A stretch of DNA of 60,620 bases, the filler included. It is 6 parts of 6 records of this genome, joined end to end, with 100 filler letters (N's around TTAATTAATTAA, not from the genome) between each part and the next. Parts side by side here need not be neighbours in the genome. Positions count along the whole stretch, not along the records: positions 1 to 9,238 come from SRR2962707_5565; positions 9,339 to 16,674 come from SRR2962707_5566; 4 more parts are not named here. One strand, given 5' to 3'. The position numbers and the translations under genes were made by a program. The notes under the pieces were generated by a model. It saw nothing but the letters and a program-made list of their open reading frames with translations. It ran no database searches and had not been told where the DNA came from. Shown piece after piece: positions 1-10,377 of this stretch. Numbering within the stretch: position 1 is the first letter of the stretch; every line of letters starts with the position of its first letter.

Positions 1-569
<569 letters not shown>

Positions 570-571
<2 letters not shown>

Positions 572-1502
572 GAATACGCTTACCCTCAGACAGCTCAGGT
601 ATTTTGAGGCTTTGGCTAGGCACTGCCACTTTGGCCGCGCGGCCGAAGCATCAGCCATTTCGCAACCGGCGCTGTCGGTGCAGATCCGCGAACTGGAAAC
701 ATCGCTGGGCGTGGCCCTGTTTGAACGTGGCCCCCGGCAGGTGCGGCTGACCCCCTTTGGCACCGAATTCGCGGTCCGCGCCCGCGACATCCTGCGCAGA
801 GTTGATGAACTGGGCGATCTGGCGCGTCTATCCCAGGGCGGGCTGTCGGGGCGGTTGCGGATCGGCGTGATCCCGACGATTGCGCCCTACCTCGTGCCTT
901 TGGTCATCCGCAGCCTGACCCAGACCTGGCCTGAACTGGACATTCACATCAGGGAAACCACCACCCCCCGTCTTATTCAAGAGTTGGAAGAGGGCGGGTT
1001 GGATGCGGCCATCGTCGCGCTGCCGGTTTCAGAGCCTACCCTGACAGAGGTCGAGCTTTTTACCGAGAGTTTCGTTCTGGTCCGCCACAGGGACGAGGCC
1101 GCCCGCCCCATGCCGGACCGGGAGTCGCTCAGCGAAATGCGCCTGCTGCTATTGGAAGAGGGTCATTGTTTCCGCGATCAGGCGCTGTCCTTTTGCGATC
1201 GCGCCGGGGGGCGTGCCAAATACGGGTTGGATGCCTCCTCCCTTTCGACGCTGGTTCAGATGGTCGGCGCAGGGATCGGCGTAACGCTTTTGCCGGAAAT
1301 GGCCGTTGCGGTGGAAACCCGGTCGGCCCCGGTGGTGATCAACCGGTTTGAGGATCCACAACCGTCGCGCACCGTGGGCATGATCTGGCGCAAATCGACC
1401 CCGCTGGCGGACCAGCTTCTTACTCTGGCCCAGGAGCTGGCCGTCAGTCTAGACAACGACTCAACAATTTTCACCCCAACTACCAGTCTGCCTGCGTCCT
1501 GA
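570..1502 (+). CDS. oxyR: Hydrogen peroxide-inducible LysR regulator OxyR
   Basis: LysR HTH; LLLEEGHCFRDQALSFC redox Cys pair; divergent from katG. Confidence 0.95.
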
Positions 1503-1679
1503 TAAGCGGTAGTTTTTCAGTTCAAACACGCTGCTAAATCCCGATCGGATGTGCGATGTTCCCGCATTTCATACGCCCCACGCGCCACAGCTTGCAACTT
1601 TGGAACTTCCGTTTACCGTTTGGGAAAATCGTCGGCCTTGCCGCCCGACCCTGCTCACCCCAGCCACAGGAGACCCCTC

Positions 1680-4600
1680 ATGTCCGCAACTGCCAACGGC
1701 GACTTTGCCACCGACAACCCGTTTCGTCAGCAGGTGCGCGCGAATTACACGGCGGATGAGGCGACGATGGTCAACGATCTGATCGGGCGGATCAAGCTGA
1801 CAGAACAGGACCGGGCCGAGGTCGCCGCCACGGGTGCAAAATATGTGGACCGTGTGCGCAAGGAAACATCGCCATCTATGATGGAGGCGTTTCTGGCCGA
1901 ATACGGCCTTTCGACCGAAGAGGGCGTCGGCCTCATGTGCCTGGCTGAGGCATTGCTGCGGGTGCCCGATGCCGAAACCATCGACGATCTGATCGAGGAT
2001 AAGATCGCGCCAAGCAACTGGGGCGCGCATCTGGGGCATTCCACATCTTCGCTGGTCAATGCATCGACCTGGGCGCTGATGCTGACAGGTCGCGTGCTGG
2101 ACAATGACCCCCGCGCGCCGGCACGCGTGCTGCGCGGCCTCGTGAAACGCATGGGCGAACCGGTGGTGCGCACCGCCGTGGGCCAATCGATGAAAATTCT
2201 GGGCCGCCAGTTCGTGCTGGGCCAGACCATTGACGAAGGTATGAAAAACGCCCGCGATCTCGAGAAGAAGAGATATACCTATTCCTACGACATGCTGGGC
2301 GAAGCCGCGCGTACCGACGCTGACGCCGTGCGCTATCACGCAGCCTATTCATCGGCGATTGCGGCGATTGCCAAACAGGCCAAGGGCGATGTGCGATCAT
2401 CCCCCGGGATTTCGGTAAAACTGTCGGCACTGCATCCGCGCTATGAATACACCCACAAAGATACGGTTATGACCGAACTTCTGCCGCGCGCCCTGGACCT
2501 TGCCAGACAGGCGGCAAAGGCCGGTATCGGATTCAACATCGATGCCGAAGAACAGGACCGTCTGGACCTGTCACTGGACGTGATCGAAGCGATGTTGTCG
2601 GACGCATCGCTAAAGGGATGGGATGGTTTCGGCGTCGTGGTGCAGGCCTATGGCCGCCGCGCCGCCCCGGTGATCGAGACGCTGTATGACATGGCCGAAC
2701 GCTATAACCGCAGGATCATGGTCCGTCTGGTCAAGGGCGCCTATTGGGACACGGAAATCAAGCTGGCGCAGGAACTGGGTGTCGAACGCTTTCCCGTCTT
2801 TACCCGCAAGGTCAACACCGACACCAGCTATATGGCCTGCGCGCAGATGCTGATGGACCGGCGCGACCGGATCTATCCGCAATTCGCCACCCACAACGCC
2901 CACACCTGCGCCGCCGTGATCGCCATGGCAGGCAATGACAAGGCCAGTTTCGAATTCCAGCGCCTGCATGGCATGGGCGAATCCCTGCACGGCATCGTCA
3001 AGGATGCCGAGGGCACCCGCTGCCGCATCTATGCGCCCGTTGGCGCGCATCGCGACTTGCTGGCCTACCTAGTGCGGCGCCTGCTGGAAAACGGCGCGAA
3101 TTCGTCTTTTGTGAACCAGATCGTAGACACCTCGATCCCGTCCAGTGCCATTTCCACCGACCCGGTGACCGAGGTGCAGGCCCTGAACGGCGCTGTCGCC
3201 AACCCCACGATTTCGCTGCCCGGGGATCTGTTCATGCCGGAACGCCCCAATTCCAAAGGCTTCCGGATCAACGAACCCGCCTCGATCCTGCCGCTACTGG
3301 CCGCACGCGAAGGGTTCGCCGACGCCACCTGGACCGCCGGGCCGATGATTGTCGGCAATCCCGCGCCGCAGGGCCCGGCGCGCAAGGTGATGTCACCTGC
3401 CGACAGCACCCGCATCATCGGCACCGTGCATGACGCAACGCCAGCCGAGGTTGCAATCGCGCTTGACGCCGCGCAGGCGGGATTTGACGAATGGTCCGTC
3501 GTGCCGGTGGCCGAACGTGCCAATATCCTGCGCCGGGTTGCCGATCTATACGAGGCAAACACCGCCGAATTGACCGCGATCACCACGCGCGAGGCAGGTA
3601 AGACCGTTCCAGACGGCATCGCAGAGGTGCGCGAGGCGGTGGATTTCCTGCGCTACTACGCGAACGAGGCTGAGCGGCTTGAGGATGAAGATCCCGGCAA
3701 ACCGCGCGGCATCTTTGTCTGCATCAGCCCATGGAACTTTCCGCTGGCGATCTTTACCGGCCAGGTGGCGGCGGCGCTGGCCGTGGGCAATGCAGTGCTG
3801 GCCAAACCGGCAGAACAGACGCCAATCGTCGCGGCCCGCGCCGTGCAGCTGATGCGCGATGCCGGCCTGCCTGACGCGGCACTGCAGCTGCTGCCCGGCG
3901 ACGGGCCCACGGTCGGCGGCCCGCTGACCAGCGATCCTCGCATTGCCGGGGTCTGTTTCACCGGCTCGACAGAGGTGGCGCAGATTATTCACAAGGCTGT
4001 CGCCAAAAATGCCGGGCCGGATGCCACGTTGATCGCCGAAACCGGCGGTCTAAACGCAATGATCGTGGATTCCACCGCCCTGACGGAACAGGCGGTGCGC
4101 GATATCCTGATCTCGTCCTTTCAGTCCGCCGGTCAGCGCTGTTCTGCCCTGCGCATGCTCTATGTCCAGGACGAGGCGCGCGATCGCCTGCTTGAAATGC
4201 TCTACGGCGCGATGGAATCGCTGGTCATCGGCGATCCGTGGCGCACCGATGTGGATGTGTCCCCGGTCATCGACGCCGAGGCGCAGCAGAGCATCATGGA
4301 CTACGTCGCCCAACACAAGGCGGCCGGTACGCTGATGAAATCCCTGCCCGCCCCCGATGGCGGCACCTATGTCACCCCAGCGGTGGTCAGCGTGAACAGC
4401 ATCGCGGATATGGAGCGCGAGATTTTTGGCCCCGTGCTGCATGTGGCAGGGTTCCGGGCACGCGACATCGACAAGGTGGTCGATGCGCTCAATGCCCGCG
4501 AATACGGGCTGACATTTGGCCTGCACACCCGCATCGACGACCGAGTGCAGCAGATCGTCGATCGCATTCACGTCGGCAACACCTATGTGAATCGCAACCA

Positions 4601-5348
4601 GATCGGTGCCATCGTCGGCAGCCAGCCGTTCGGCGGTGAAGGGTTGTCCGGCACCGGGCCCAAGGCCGGTGGACCGCTGTACCTCAGCCGGTTCCGCCGC
4701 ACTGGCAAGGTCGAGGCGTTGGCCGCCCCGGTCGGCCCCGCCCCGGGCCGGGACGCGATTGAATTGGCCCTTGATCAGATCGATGCACGCAACTGGGCGG
4801 CACGCGCGGACAAGGTTTCCGTCCTGCGGGCCGCACTTAGCGGGCGCAGCGGAGTCGTGCGCCGGGCACTGGCGGAAACTGCGGCCTTTGACATGTCACC
4901 CCAAACGCTGCCCGGCCCAACGGGCGAAAGCAACCGCTTGCGCATGTTCCCGCGTGGTATGGCGCTTTGCCTTGGTCCGACTGTCGAAATTGCCGTGGCC
5001 CAGGCCATTCAGGCCACTGGCGCGGGCTGTGGTGCCCTGATCGTGGTGCCCGGCGCGGTGGCATCGATGGCCGTGGCGCTGTCTGCCGCCGGCGCGCCGG
5101 TGGTGGCGCTGGATGGCACGGTCGATCCCGAAACACTGGAAACCGTGCAGGGGTTATCGGTGATCGCGGCGGCGGGATCGTCAGACTGGACTCGATCGCT
5201 GCGCATCGCGCTGTCACGCCGCGACGGCCCGATCCTGCCGCTGGTGACAGAAGTGGTCGCGCCAGAGCGCTATGTCATCGAACGTCACCTGTGCATCGAC
5301 ACCACAGCGGCAGGCGGCAACGCGAGCCTTCTGGCGACGTCGTCATGA
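1680..5348 (+). CDS. putA: Bifunctional proline dehydrogenase / P5C dehydrogenase
   Basis: SYDMLGEAA, RLVKGAYWD, YLVRRLLENGANSSF, ETGG and SAGQRCSA motifs; AGGAG RBS before ATG 1680. Confidence 0.97.
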   Translation: MSATANGDFATDNPFRQQVRANYTADEATMVNDLIGRIKLTEQDRAEVAATGAKYVDRVRKETSPSMMEAFLAEYGLSTEEGVGLMCLAEALLRVPDAETIDDLIEDKIAPSNWGAHLGHSTSSLVNASTWALMLTGRVLDNDPRAPARVLRGLVKRMGEPVVRTAVGQSMKILGRQFVLGQTIDEGMKNARDLEKKRYTYSYDMLGEAARTDADAVRYHAAYSSAIAAIAKQAKGDVRSSPGISVKLSALHPRYEYTHKDTVMTELLPRALDLARQAAKAGIGFNIDAEEQDRLDLSLDVIEAMLSDASLKGWDGFGVVVQAYGRRAAPVIETLYDMAERYNRRIMVRLVKGAYWDTEIKLAQELGVERFPVFTRKVNTDTSYMACAQMLMDRRDRIYPQFATHNAHTCAAVIAMAGNDKASFEFQRLHGMGESLHGIVKDAEGTRCRIYAPVGAHRDLLAYLVRRLLENGANSSFVNQIVDTSIPSSAISTDPVTEVQALNGAVANPTISLPGDLFMPERPNSKGFRINEPASILPLLAAREGFADATWTAGPMIVGNPAPQGPARKVMSPADSTRIIGTVHDATPAEVAIALDAAQAGFDEWSVVPVAERANILRRVADLYEANTAELTAITTREAGKTVPDGIAEVREAVDFLRYYANEAERLEDEDPGKPRGIFVCISPWNFPLAIFTGQVAAALAVGNAVLAKPAEQTPIVAARAVQLMRDAGLPDAALQLLPGDGPTVGGPLTSDPRIAGVCFTGSTEVAQIIHKAVAKNAGPDATLIAETGGLNAMIVDSTALTEQAVRDILISSFQSAGQRCSALRMLYVQDEARDRLLEMLYGAMESLVIGDPWRTDVDVSPVIDAEAQQSIMDYVAQHKAAGTLMKSLPAPDGGTYVTPAVVSVNSIADMEREIFGPVLHVAGFRARDIDKVVDALNAREYGLTFGLHTRIDDRVQQIVDRIHVGNTYVNRNQIGAIVGSQPFGGEGLSGTGPKAGGPLYLSRFRRTGKVEALAAPVGPAPGRDAIELALDQIDARNWAARADKVSVLRAALSGRSGVVRRALAETAAFDMSPQTLPGPTGESNRLRMFPRGMALCLGPTVEIAVAQAIQATGAGCGALIVVPGAVASMAVALSAAGAPVVALDGTVDPETLETVQGLSVIAAAGSSDWTRSLRIALSRRDGPILPLVTEVVAPERYVIERHLCIDTTAAGGNASLLATSS

Positions 5349-5398
5349 CGGAGATACTGCCTGGAACGATTTAAATCGCTCTAGGCAGAGCGACCCGC

Positions 5399-6817
5399 CT
5401 AACCGGTCCGCGCCCAGAATGACGCCTTGCGATCATGCCGCAGGCGCAGAGTTTCGACATAGCGCAGGTGGCTTTGGAACGTTCCGTACTCCGCGATATC
5501 GCCGTCCGCAGCGGCACAATCCATCAGATGATCGGCGGCGTGGCCGTACCGGCTCGCCCGGCCCTTCTCCAGCGCAAAATCGATCATCGCCCGCCAGCAC
5601 AACACGGCGGCCAGCGGATGCCGGTCACGCAGCGTCTCTGCCGCCGGGGTCAGGATCTCGTAATAATCGCCATTCAGCTCGGACCAGCGGGTTTCGATCA
5701 ACCGCGCGGCAAGGGGCAGGTCCGGCCAATCCAGCAGGAACATCAGCGCGGTGTGCACCTCCGGGAACCGCAGCACATGCGCCTTGGCGCTATCCTCTGC
5801 CTCCATATCGTCGAAATCCGGCAGAACCTTCAGATAAGCGCGCAGAAACTCCGGGTCCAGCGTTTCACAGAACCGCGCCCAACGATGCTCTTGCGCCGCC
5901 TCCACCTGCCCCAGCGCCACAAGGCTGGCGATATAAACCTGATCCCAGACGGCATCCCCCTGCCCGTCCACTGGGCCCAGCAGGTCGATCGCATCCTGCG
6001 CCCGCCCGTCCGCCAGCAGGCGTTGCGCCGCGTCGGCGGCGATGCGCGGACGGGTCAGATCCTGATCGGAATACTGTGCAATATAGGCGTCGGTGTCGCC
6101 CTGCGCCTCGGCAATCTCTTGCCTTGTACTGCGGATCAGGCGGGCCTTGGCATCGGCCAGATAGCTGCCGCGCCCGCTGCGCAGATCACGCAAGAATTGC
6201 AGTGCCGCATGTGTTTCTGCGTCGTCTTCCAGGGGCGCATCCTCATAGGCGTCGACCAACAGACCAAGCTGCACCAAACCCGTACCCCCAAGGGCCGGCG
6301 CCAGCAGCGTGATGATCCCGTCAAATGCGCCATAGCCATTGTCCTGCACGGCGTCCCACACCTGACGGGCCAGCGCCTGGGGGTCGCGCTGCGCGCGCGG
6401 CGTAATATCAGCGAACTGGGCACGGGCGGCGCGGAACACATCACCCACCTCGCCCCGGCTGTCATCGACACGTTCGTACACCGCCGGGGCAAGCGATATG
6501 AAATCCCACAGCAGATCGAACGCCAGTACGGCATCCTCTGGCGCGATCCGGTCGGTGATCATTTCTGCCTGTGTCGCAAGATCGCGCACCAGGGCGGCGC
6601 GCTTGCGCCAGCTGACATGGCTGGTCGCCTTGCGCAGCGATACCAGCCGTTTGCGCACGTCCCGGGCCAATTCCTGCGGGCCGAGGTTGTGGCTGAGTTC
6701 CAAACGCAACCGCCGCTTGATCTCGGCGCTGCCCTGACTCACCTCGATCAGCAGCTCGGCAAGACGCTCGGCCCCAAGGGTGGTCAGATTGGCGGCATTC
6801 AGGGTTTTCTTTGACAT
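5399..6817 (-). CDS. Conserved helical protein (DUF6880-like)
   Basis: Begins MSKKTLNAANLTTLGAERLAELL; C-terminal RYGHAADHL...HDRKASFW. Confidence 0.7.
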   Translation of the reverse strand: MSKKTLNAANLTTLGAERLAELLIEVSQGSAEIKRRLRLELSHNLGPQELARDVRKRLVSLRKATSHVSWRKRAALVRDLATQAEMITDRIAPEDAVLAFDLLWDFISLAPAVYERVDDSRGEVGDVFRAARAQFADITPRAQRDPQALARQVWDAVQDNGYGAFDGIITLLAPALGGTGLVQLGLLVDAYEDAPLEDDAETHAALQFLRDLRSGRGSYLADAKARLIRSTRQEIAEAQGDTDAYIAQYSDQDLTRPRIAADAAQRLLADGRAQDAIDLLGPVDGQGDAVWDQVYIASLVALGQVEAAQEHRWARFCETLDPEFLRAYLKVLPDFDDMEAEDSAKAHVLRFPEVHTALMFLLDWPDLPLAARLIETRWSELNGDYYEILTPAAETLRDRHPLAAVLCWRAMIDFALEKGRASRYGHAADHLMDCAAADGDIAEYGTFQSHLRYVETLRLRHDRKASFWARTG

Positions 6818-6934
6818 GCACCCTGTCTGCCATCCCTGCGGCCGCAGGAAAAGTACGATCTGTGCCAATCCCGGCGTTGCACAGATCACCCCAACCGATC
6901 CGCGGGCCGACACAGCAATCCATGCGCCAGATAC

Positions 6935-6965
6935 AAAAAGGCCCCGCGCAGCGTTGCGCGGGGCC
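6935..6965 (-). terminator. Rho-independent terminator of the OmpA-family gene
   Basis: Minus strand GGCCCCGCGCA-acgc-TGCGCGGGGCC followed by TTTTT. Confidence 0.85.
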
Positions 6966-6990
6966 AATGGAACATCGTTTCCAACTGGGA

Positions 6991-8904
6991 TCAGGAGTTG
7001 CTGCCATCCAGCAACGGCGTGATCCGGCGCACGGCCGCGCGGCGGTTGGCGCGTTCGGCAACCGGAGTCTGCACGATCAGATCGCTTTCACCATAGCCCT
7101 GCACCACCAGGTTTTCTGGCGGCACGGCAAAGTATTCCGTCAACGCCAGCGCCACAGACTCCGCGCGCCGGTCGGACAGAGCCAGGTTATAACTGCCGGC
7201 ACCCACAGCATCGGTGTGGCCTTCGACCAGGAAAACCTCGGACGGGTTGCGCTGGATCATCCTGCGCATGGCATTGCCCAAGGCGGCCAGTTCCTCGGCC
7301 TCTTGCGGCTGGATCACAGCGGAGTTCGTTTCAAAGTTCACAGAATCCACGCTGATTTCCGGCACCAACTGGCGCACGGCGTTAATGTTGCGGATCTGGC
7401 TGAGTGAGAAGGTCCTGTTCACATTCGTGGCCTGCGCGGCCGTCAACTGCGCCTCAAGATCATCGGCGCCGATATCATTGAAATTCACCGCCCTGCGGGT
7501 GCTGATGCGGGGCAGCGTGCTGACCTCAACCGCTTGCGAACTTTGCGTGTCGTCAAACAGCAGCGCGGTCGATCCATCGGGCAGCGTGCGCGCCCGGCGC
7601 AGCACACGGCCATCGGCTGCGCGGATCGTCTCAACTTCGGTGCCATCCTCGCGGGTGACAACGGTGCGTGTCGATCCATCCGAATAGTTGTAGGTCTTGA
7701 TGTCGGACCCCGGCTGGCGCAGCAGGGCATCGTCATTCTTGATCACCCGGTACTGGCCATCGCGTTCGGCGATCACGCGGTCGCCCGTGTTGGCCGCCAC
7801 GGTTTCATTTTTGCGCAGTAGGCTACCGATGGCAACGGCACCAATGCCCAAAATGGCCGCCTTTTCAAAGGCTGTCAGACCCTTGTCGTCATCGTCGTCT
7901 TTCTTCTTTGCTTTGGCCTCCTTCTTTGCTTTGGCCTCGGTGCGCGTTTCGCCGGTAAGATCGGTGTCAAACTCCTCGTCCGAACTACGTGCGGTTTCCT
8001 CGGTCACGATCTCTTCGACCACATTGGCCTCAGCCTCAGCTGCAGCGCTGCCTTCAGCGTTGGATGCAGCCATGACGCCGGGCGCCTCGGCGTCGGCTTC
8101 CGCCTGAATTTCAGCCTGTTCTTCGGAATTCATCGGCGCAACATCTTCGGCCCTGGCCGCTGGCCGGGGTTCTGGTGTTGTGGCTTCTGGTGTCTGGGCC
8201 TCAGGCGCGGCAACGGCGGTTCCACCGGCATTGGTTTTCAGCTTTTCCGCCAGGGTTTCCGCTGTCTCATCTGCGGGAGCATCAGCAGGCATATCCGCTT
8301 CTGCAACTGGCTCAGTCGCGTCCTGCGCTGGCGCGGCGTCTGGCTCGATGGTCGCCGCCTCCTGTGATGCAGCCTCGGGTGCGGGGGCAACATCTGCGTC
8401 GGCCTGGGCCTCGGGTGCAGTCGCAGGCGTCTCAGCGGTTTGCCCGCTCGGCGCATCAGATACGGGCTCCGGGCTAGACTGCGCAGCCTCTGGGCCGGGC
8501 TCTGCGACGGGTGTAGGTTCGGCAGTTGCGGCCTGCGGCGCAGGTTCGGCTGGCGCTGTCAGCGGCGCGGGTGTGGCCTCGGGCGCAGGTGCCTCGGGCG
8601 CTCTCTCAGCGGCTTGCGGCGCAGCCTCGGGCATTTCGGTCACAATGTCCGCAGGCGCATCAATCGGCGCGTCCAGCGATTCATCGACAGGTGCATCAAC
8701 ATTGGCCCCGGCTTGCGCCTCGGCCTCGGCCTGGTTTTCAACCGCCTCTTCCAACTTCTGGCGCAGCAGTTCCGCCTGGACCTCTTCCTCGGTCTGGGCC
8801 GTGGTCTCGGCGCTTTCGGTTTGGGCAAAGCTCGGGATCGGGGCTGCGGCAAGGCTCGCCACCAGCAGCATGGCCGTCGAGGATTTCAGAAATCCGGGGT
8901 TCAT
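6991..8904 (-). CDS. OmpA-family peptidoglycan-binding protein with long Ala/Pro/Glu-rich N-terminal region
   Basis: Signal peptide; C-terminal VNFETNS...EGHTDAVG...NLALSDRRAESV...NRR. Confidence 0.9.
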   Translation of the reverse strand: MNPGFLKSSTAMLLVASLAAAPIPSFAQTESAETTAQTEEEVQAELLRQKLEEAVENQAEAEAQAGANVDAPVDESLDAPIDAPADIVTEMPEAAPQAAERAPEAPAPEATPAPLTAPAEPAPQAATAEPTPVAEPGPEAAQSSPEPVSDAPSGQTAETPATAPEAQADADVAPAPEAASQEAATIEPDAAPAQDATEPVAEADMPADAPADETAETLAEKLKTNAGGTAVAAPEAQTPEATTPEPRPAARAEDVAPMNSEEQAEIQAEADAEAPGVMAASNAEGSAAAEAEANVVEEIVTEETARSSDEEFDTDLTGETRTEAKAKKEAKAKKKDDDDDKGLTAFEKAAILGIGAVAIGSLLRKNETVAANTGDRVIAERDGQYRVIKNDDALLRQPGSDIKTYNYSDGSTRTVVTREDGTEVETIRAADGRVLRRARTLPDGSTALLFDDTQSSQAVEVSTLPRISTRRAVNFNDIGADDLEAQLTAAQATNVNRTFSLSQIRNINAVRQLVPEISVDSVNFETNSAVIQPQEAEELAALGNAMRRMIQRNPSEVFLVEGHTDAVGAGSYNLALSDRRAESVALALTEYFAVPPENLVVQGYGESDLIVQTPVAERANRRAAVRRITPLLDGSNS

Positions 8905-9041
8905 CGCGTTTCCTTTTCATAGTCCGCGTTGGCGGGATAAGTTGTAAACGCCCAGCGCGGCAGTCCCGGTTCCCAGACAGCTGAAAATATTCGGCGAATC
9001 CCCGCCGACGGCTGAAACATCCCATGCCCCACGATGCACGG

Positions 9042-9238
9042 TCAGTCGTTGATCATCGCCATCAACCGGGCCTTCTGACCCACGTCATCGGGACGCGATA
9101 TGGCATCGGCCAAATCCTGCAGCGACTGAACGGAATGACCGGCGCGGAACGAATCCACATGCGGCAACATCGCACGAATTCCGGCGGCCTTGGGCGCAAA
9201 GCCGTCCCAGCGCAGCAGCGGGTTCAGCCAGATCAGGC
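9042..9238 (-). CDS. CoxE-like VWA protein, C-terminal fragment
   Basis: LIWLNPLLRWDGFAPKAAGIRAMLPHVD...MAMIND*; truncated by gap. Confidence 0.85.
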
Positions 9239-9338
9239 NNNNNNNNNNNNNNNNNNNNNNNNNNNNNNNNNNNNNNNNNNNNTTAATTAATTAANNNNNN
9301 NNNNNNNNNNNNNNNNNNNNNNNNNNNNNNNNNNNNNN
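9239..9338. other. Artificial contig linker
   Basis: N-run, TTAATTAATTAA (stops in all frames), N-run. Confidence 0.99.
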
Positions 9339-9375
9339 AAGCTCCCTTGTCCAACACACCTGGACAAATAAACTG

Positions 9376-9407
9376 GCCCCGTACTTCGGTACGGGGCTCT
9401 TTTCTTT
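9376..9407 (+). terminator. Rho-independent terminator with UUCG tetraloop
   Basis: GCCCCGTAC-TTCG-GTACGGGGC-TCTTTTCTTT. Confidence 0.85.
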
Positions 9408-9428
9408 GCCGGGAACGGTCAGGGATGC

Positions 9429-9460
9429 AAAAAGGCGGGTCAGAAATGGCCCGCCTTTTT
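9429..9460. terminator. Bidirectional terminator
   Basis: AAAAAGGCGGG...CCCGCCTTTTT. Confidence 0.75.
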
Positions 9461-9490
9461 ATATGGTGCAGTGTAAAAGAAACCCGCGCT

Positions 9491-9721
9491 CTAAAGCAGG
9501 ATGTTGAGATATGTGCCGCGCCGGGCATTGTGGTCGATCTGATCGGTGGCGATCAGATTGCGCAGGCGCGCAAGCTGGGCGGCGATAAAGCTGTCAGGCG
9601 ATGGCTGATCGGGAAGTGATGGAATACGCCCACGGGCGCGCAACGCGCCATCCTGTCGGGTCGTGCGCGCATCCTGCAGGCCTGTTTGGGATGATCCAGT
9701 ACCAATTCTATTGGTGGGCAT
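9491..9721 (-). CDS. Small hypothetical protein (76 aa) ending RRGTYLNILL
   Basis: ORF track; terminator immediately downstream; C-terminal motif shared with the neighbouring small gene. Confidence 0.65.
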   Translation of the reverse strand: MPTNRIGTGSSQTGLQDARTTRQDGALRARGRIPSLPDQPSPDSFIAAQLARLRNLIATDQIDHNARRGTYLNILL

Positions 9722-9828
9722 CTTACCGCTGACAATGTGGTTCAGGTTTTAAACTGCCCGATCCTACCATGTGCGTAGTGGTTTGTCATGAACAGGACGC
9801 TTACGATGGCAGCTTGCCACGCAGACAG

Positions 9829-9853
9829 AAAAAAGGGTGGCGACTGCCACCCT
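9829..9853 (-). terminator. Rho-independent terminator
   Basis: Minus strand AGGGTGGC-agtc-GCCACCCT followed by a T-run. Confidence 0.8.
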
Positions 9854-9877
9854 GGAGGAAGCTAACGAGAGGGAAAA

Positions 9878-10089
9878 TCACGTTAGGATATTAACATTCG
9901 TACCGCGTGCGCCGCGTGTTTCGAGCGGCTGGTGTTCTGTCACAATAGAACCAATGGTTTTGGCAAGGCTGGTTGCCTTGTTAATCGCGCCTTCAGCGGC
10001 GGCAAACGGCAGTGACGGGCTTGCGCCATCGCCTCGTTAACAGCCTGTGCTGCGGCACTTAATCCTGAACCCTGAACTGAACCAACCAT
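9878..10089 (-). pseudogene. Small (~69 aa) gene with an apparent frameshift, MVGSVQGSGLSAAAQAVNEAMAQA...AAAEGAINKATSLAKTIGSIVTEHQPLETRGARGTNVNILT
   Basis: GAGGT RBS, ATG 10089, TGA 9878-9880, terminator after it; span is 212 nt (3n+2) and the two halves are in different frames. Confidence 0.6.
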
Positions 10090-10377
10090 TCTGACCTCAT
10101 TACATTACCGGGAGGGGACATTTACCCATCGCAGGAGGTGATTAAATCTCTAGCTCCTAGAGTATGGGTTCAGTATGTCAAAAAATGTGATGGCTGTCAC
10201 ACTTGGGCAAGCCCCGTGCAAATGGGGGTGTGTAACCACGTGCAATACAACGATTTCGCCCGGTCAAAATGGAAAGAATTTTTTAACCTTTTGCCAAGAT
10301 ATCGGCCCAAAAGGTGTGGAAAAGCCCCAAGACTCGACCCCAAAAATCATTGCAAGACCGGTTTCCGTCGATTTTCC

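Noticed and set aside
5272-6814. Long plus-strand ORFs (346 and 459 aa)
   Set aside because: High-GC shadow frames opposite the DUF6880-like gene, with no motifs
9283-9294. TTAATTAATTAA repeated five times between N-runs
   Set aside because: Synthetic contig linker, not a biological repeat or CRISPR array
10204-10220. Sigma54-like -24/-12 sequence upstream of the small genes
   Set aside because: The minus-strand version (TTGCACG-N4-TTGC) lacks the invariant GG, and the plus-strand GG-N10-GC points at no convincing gene
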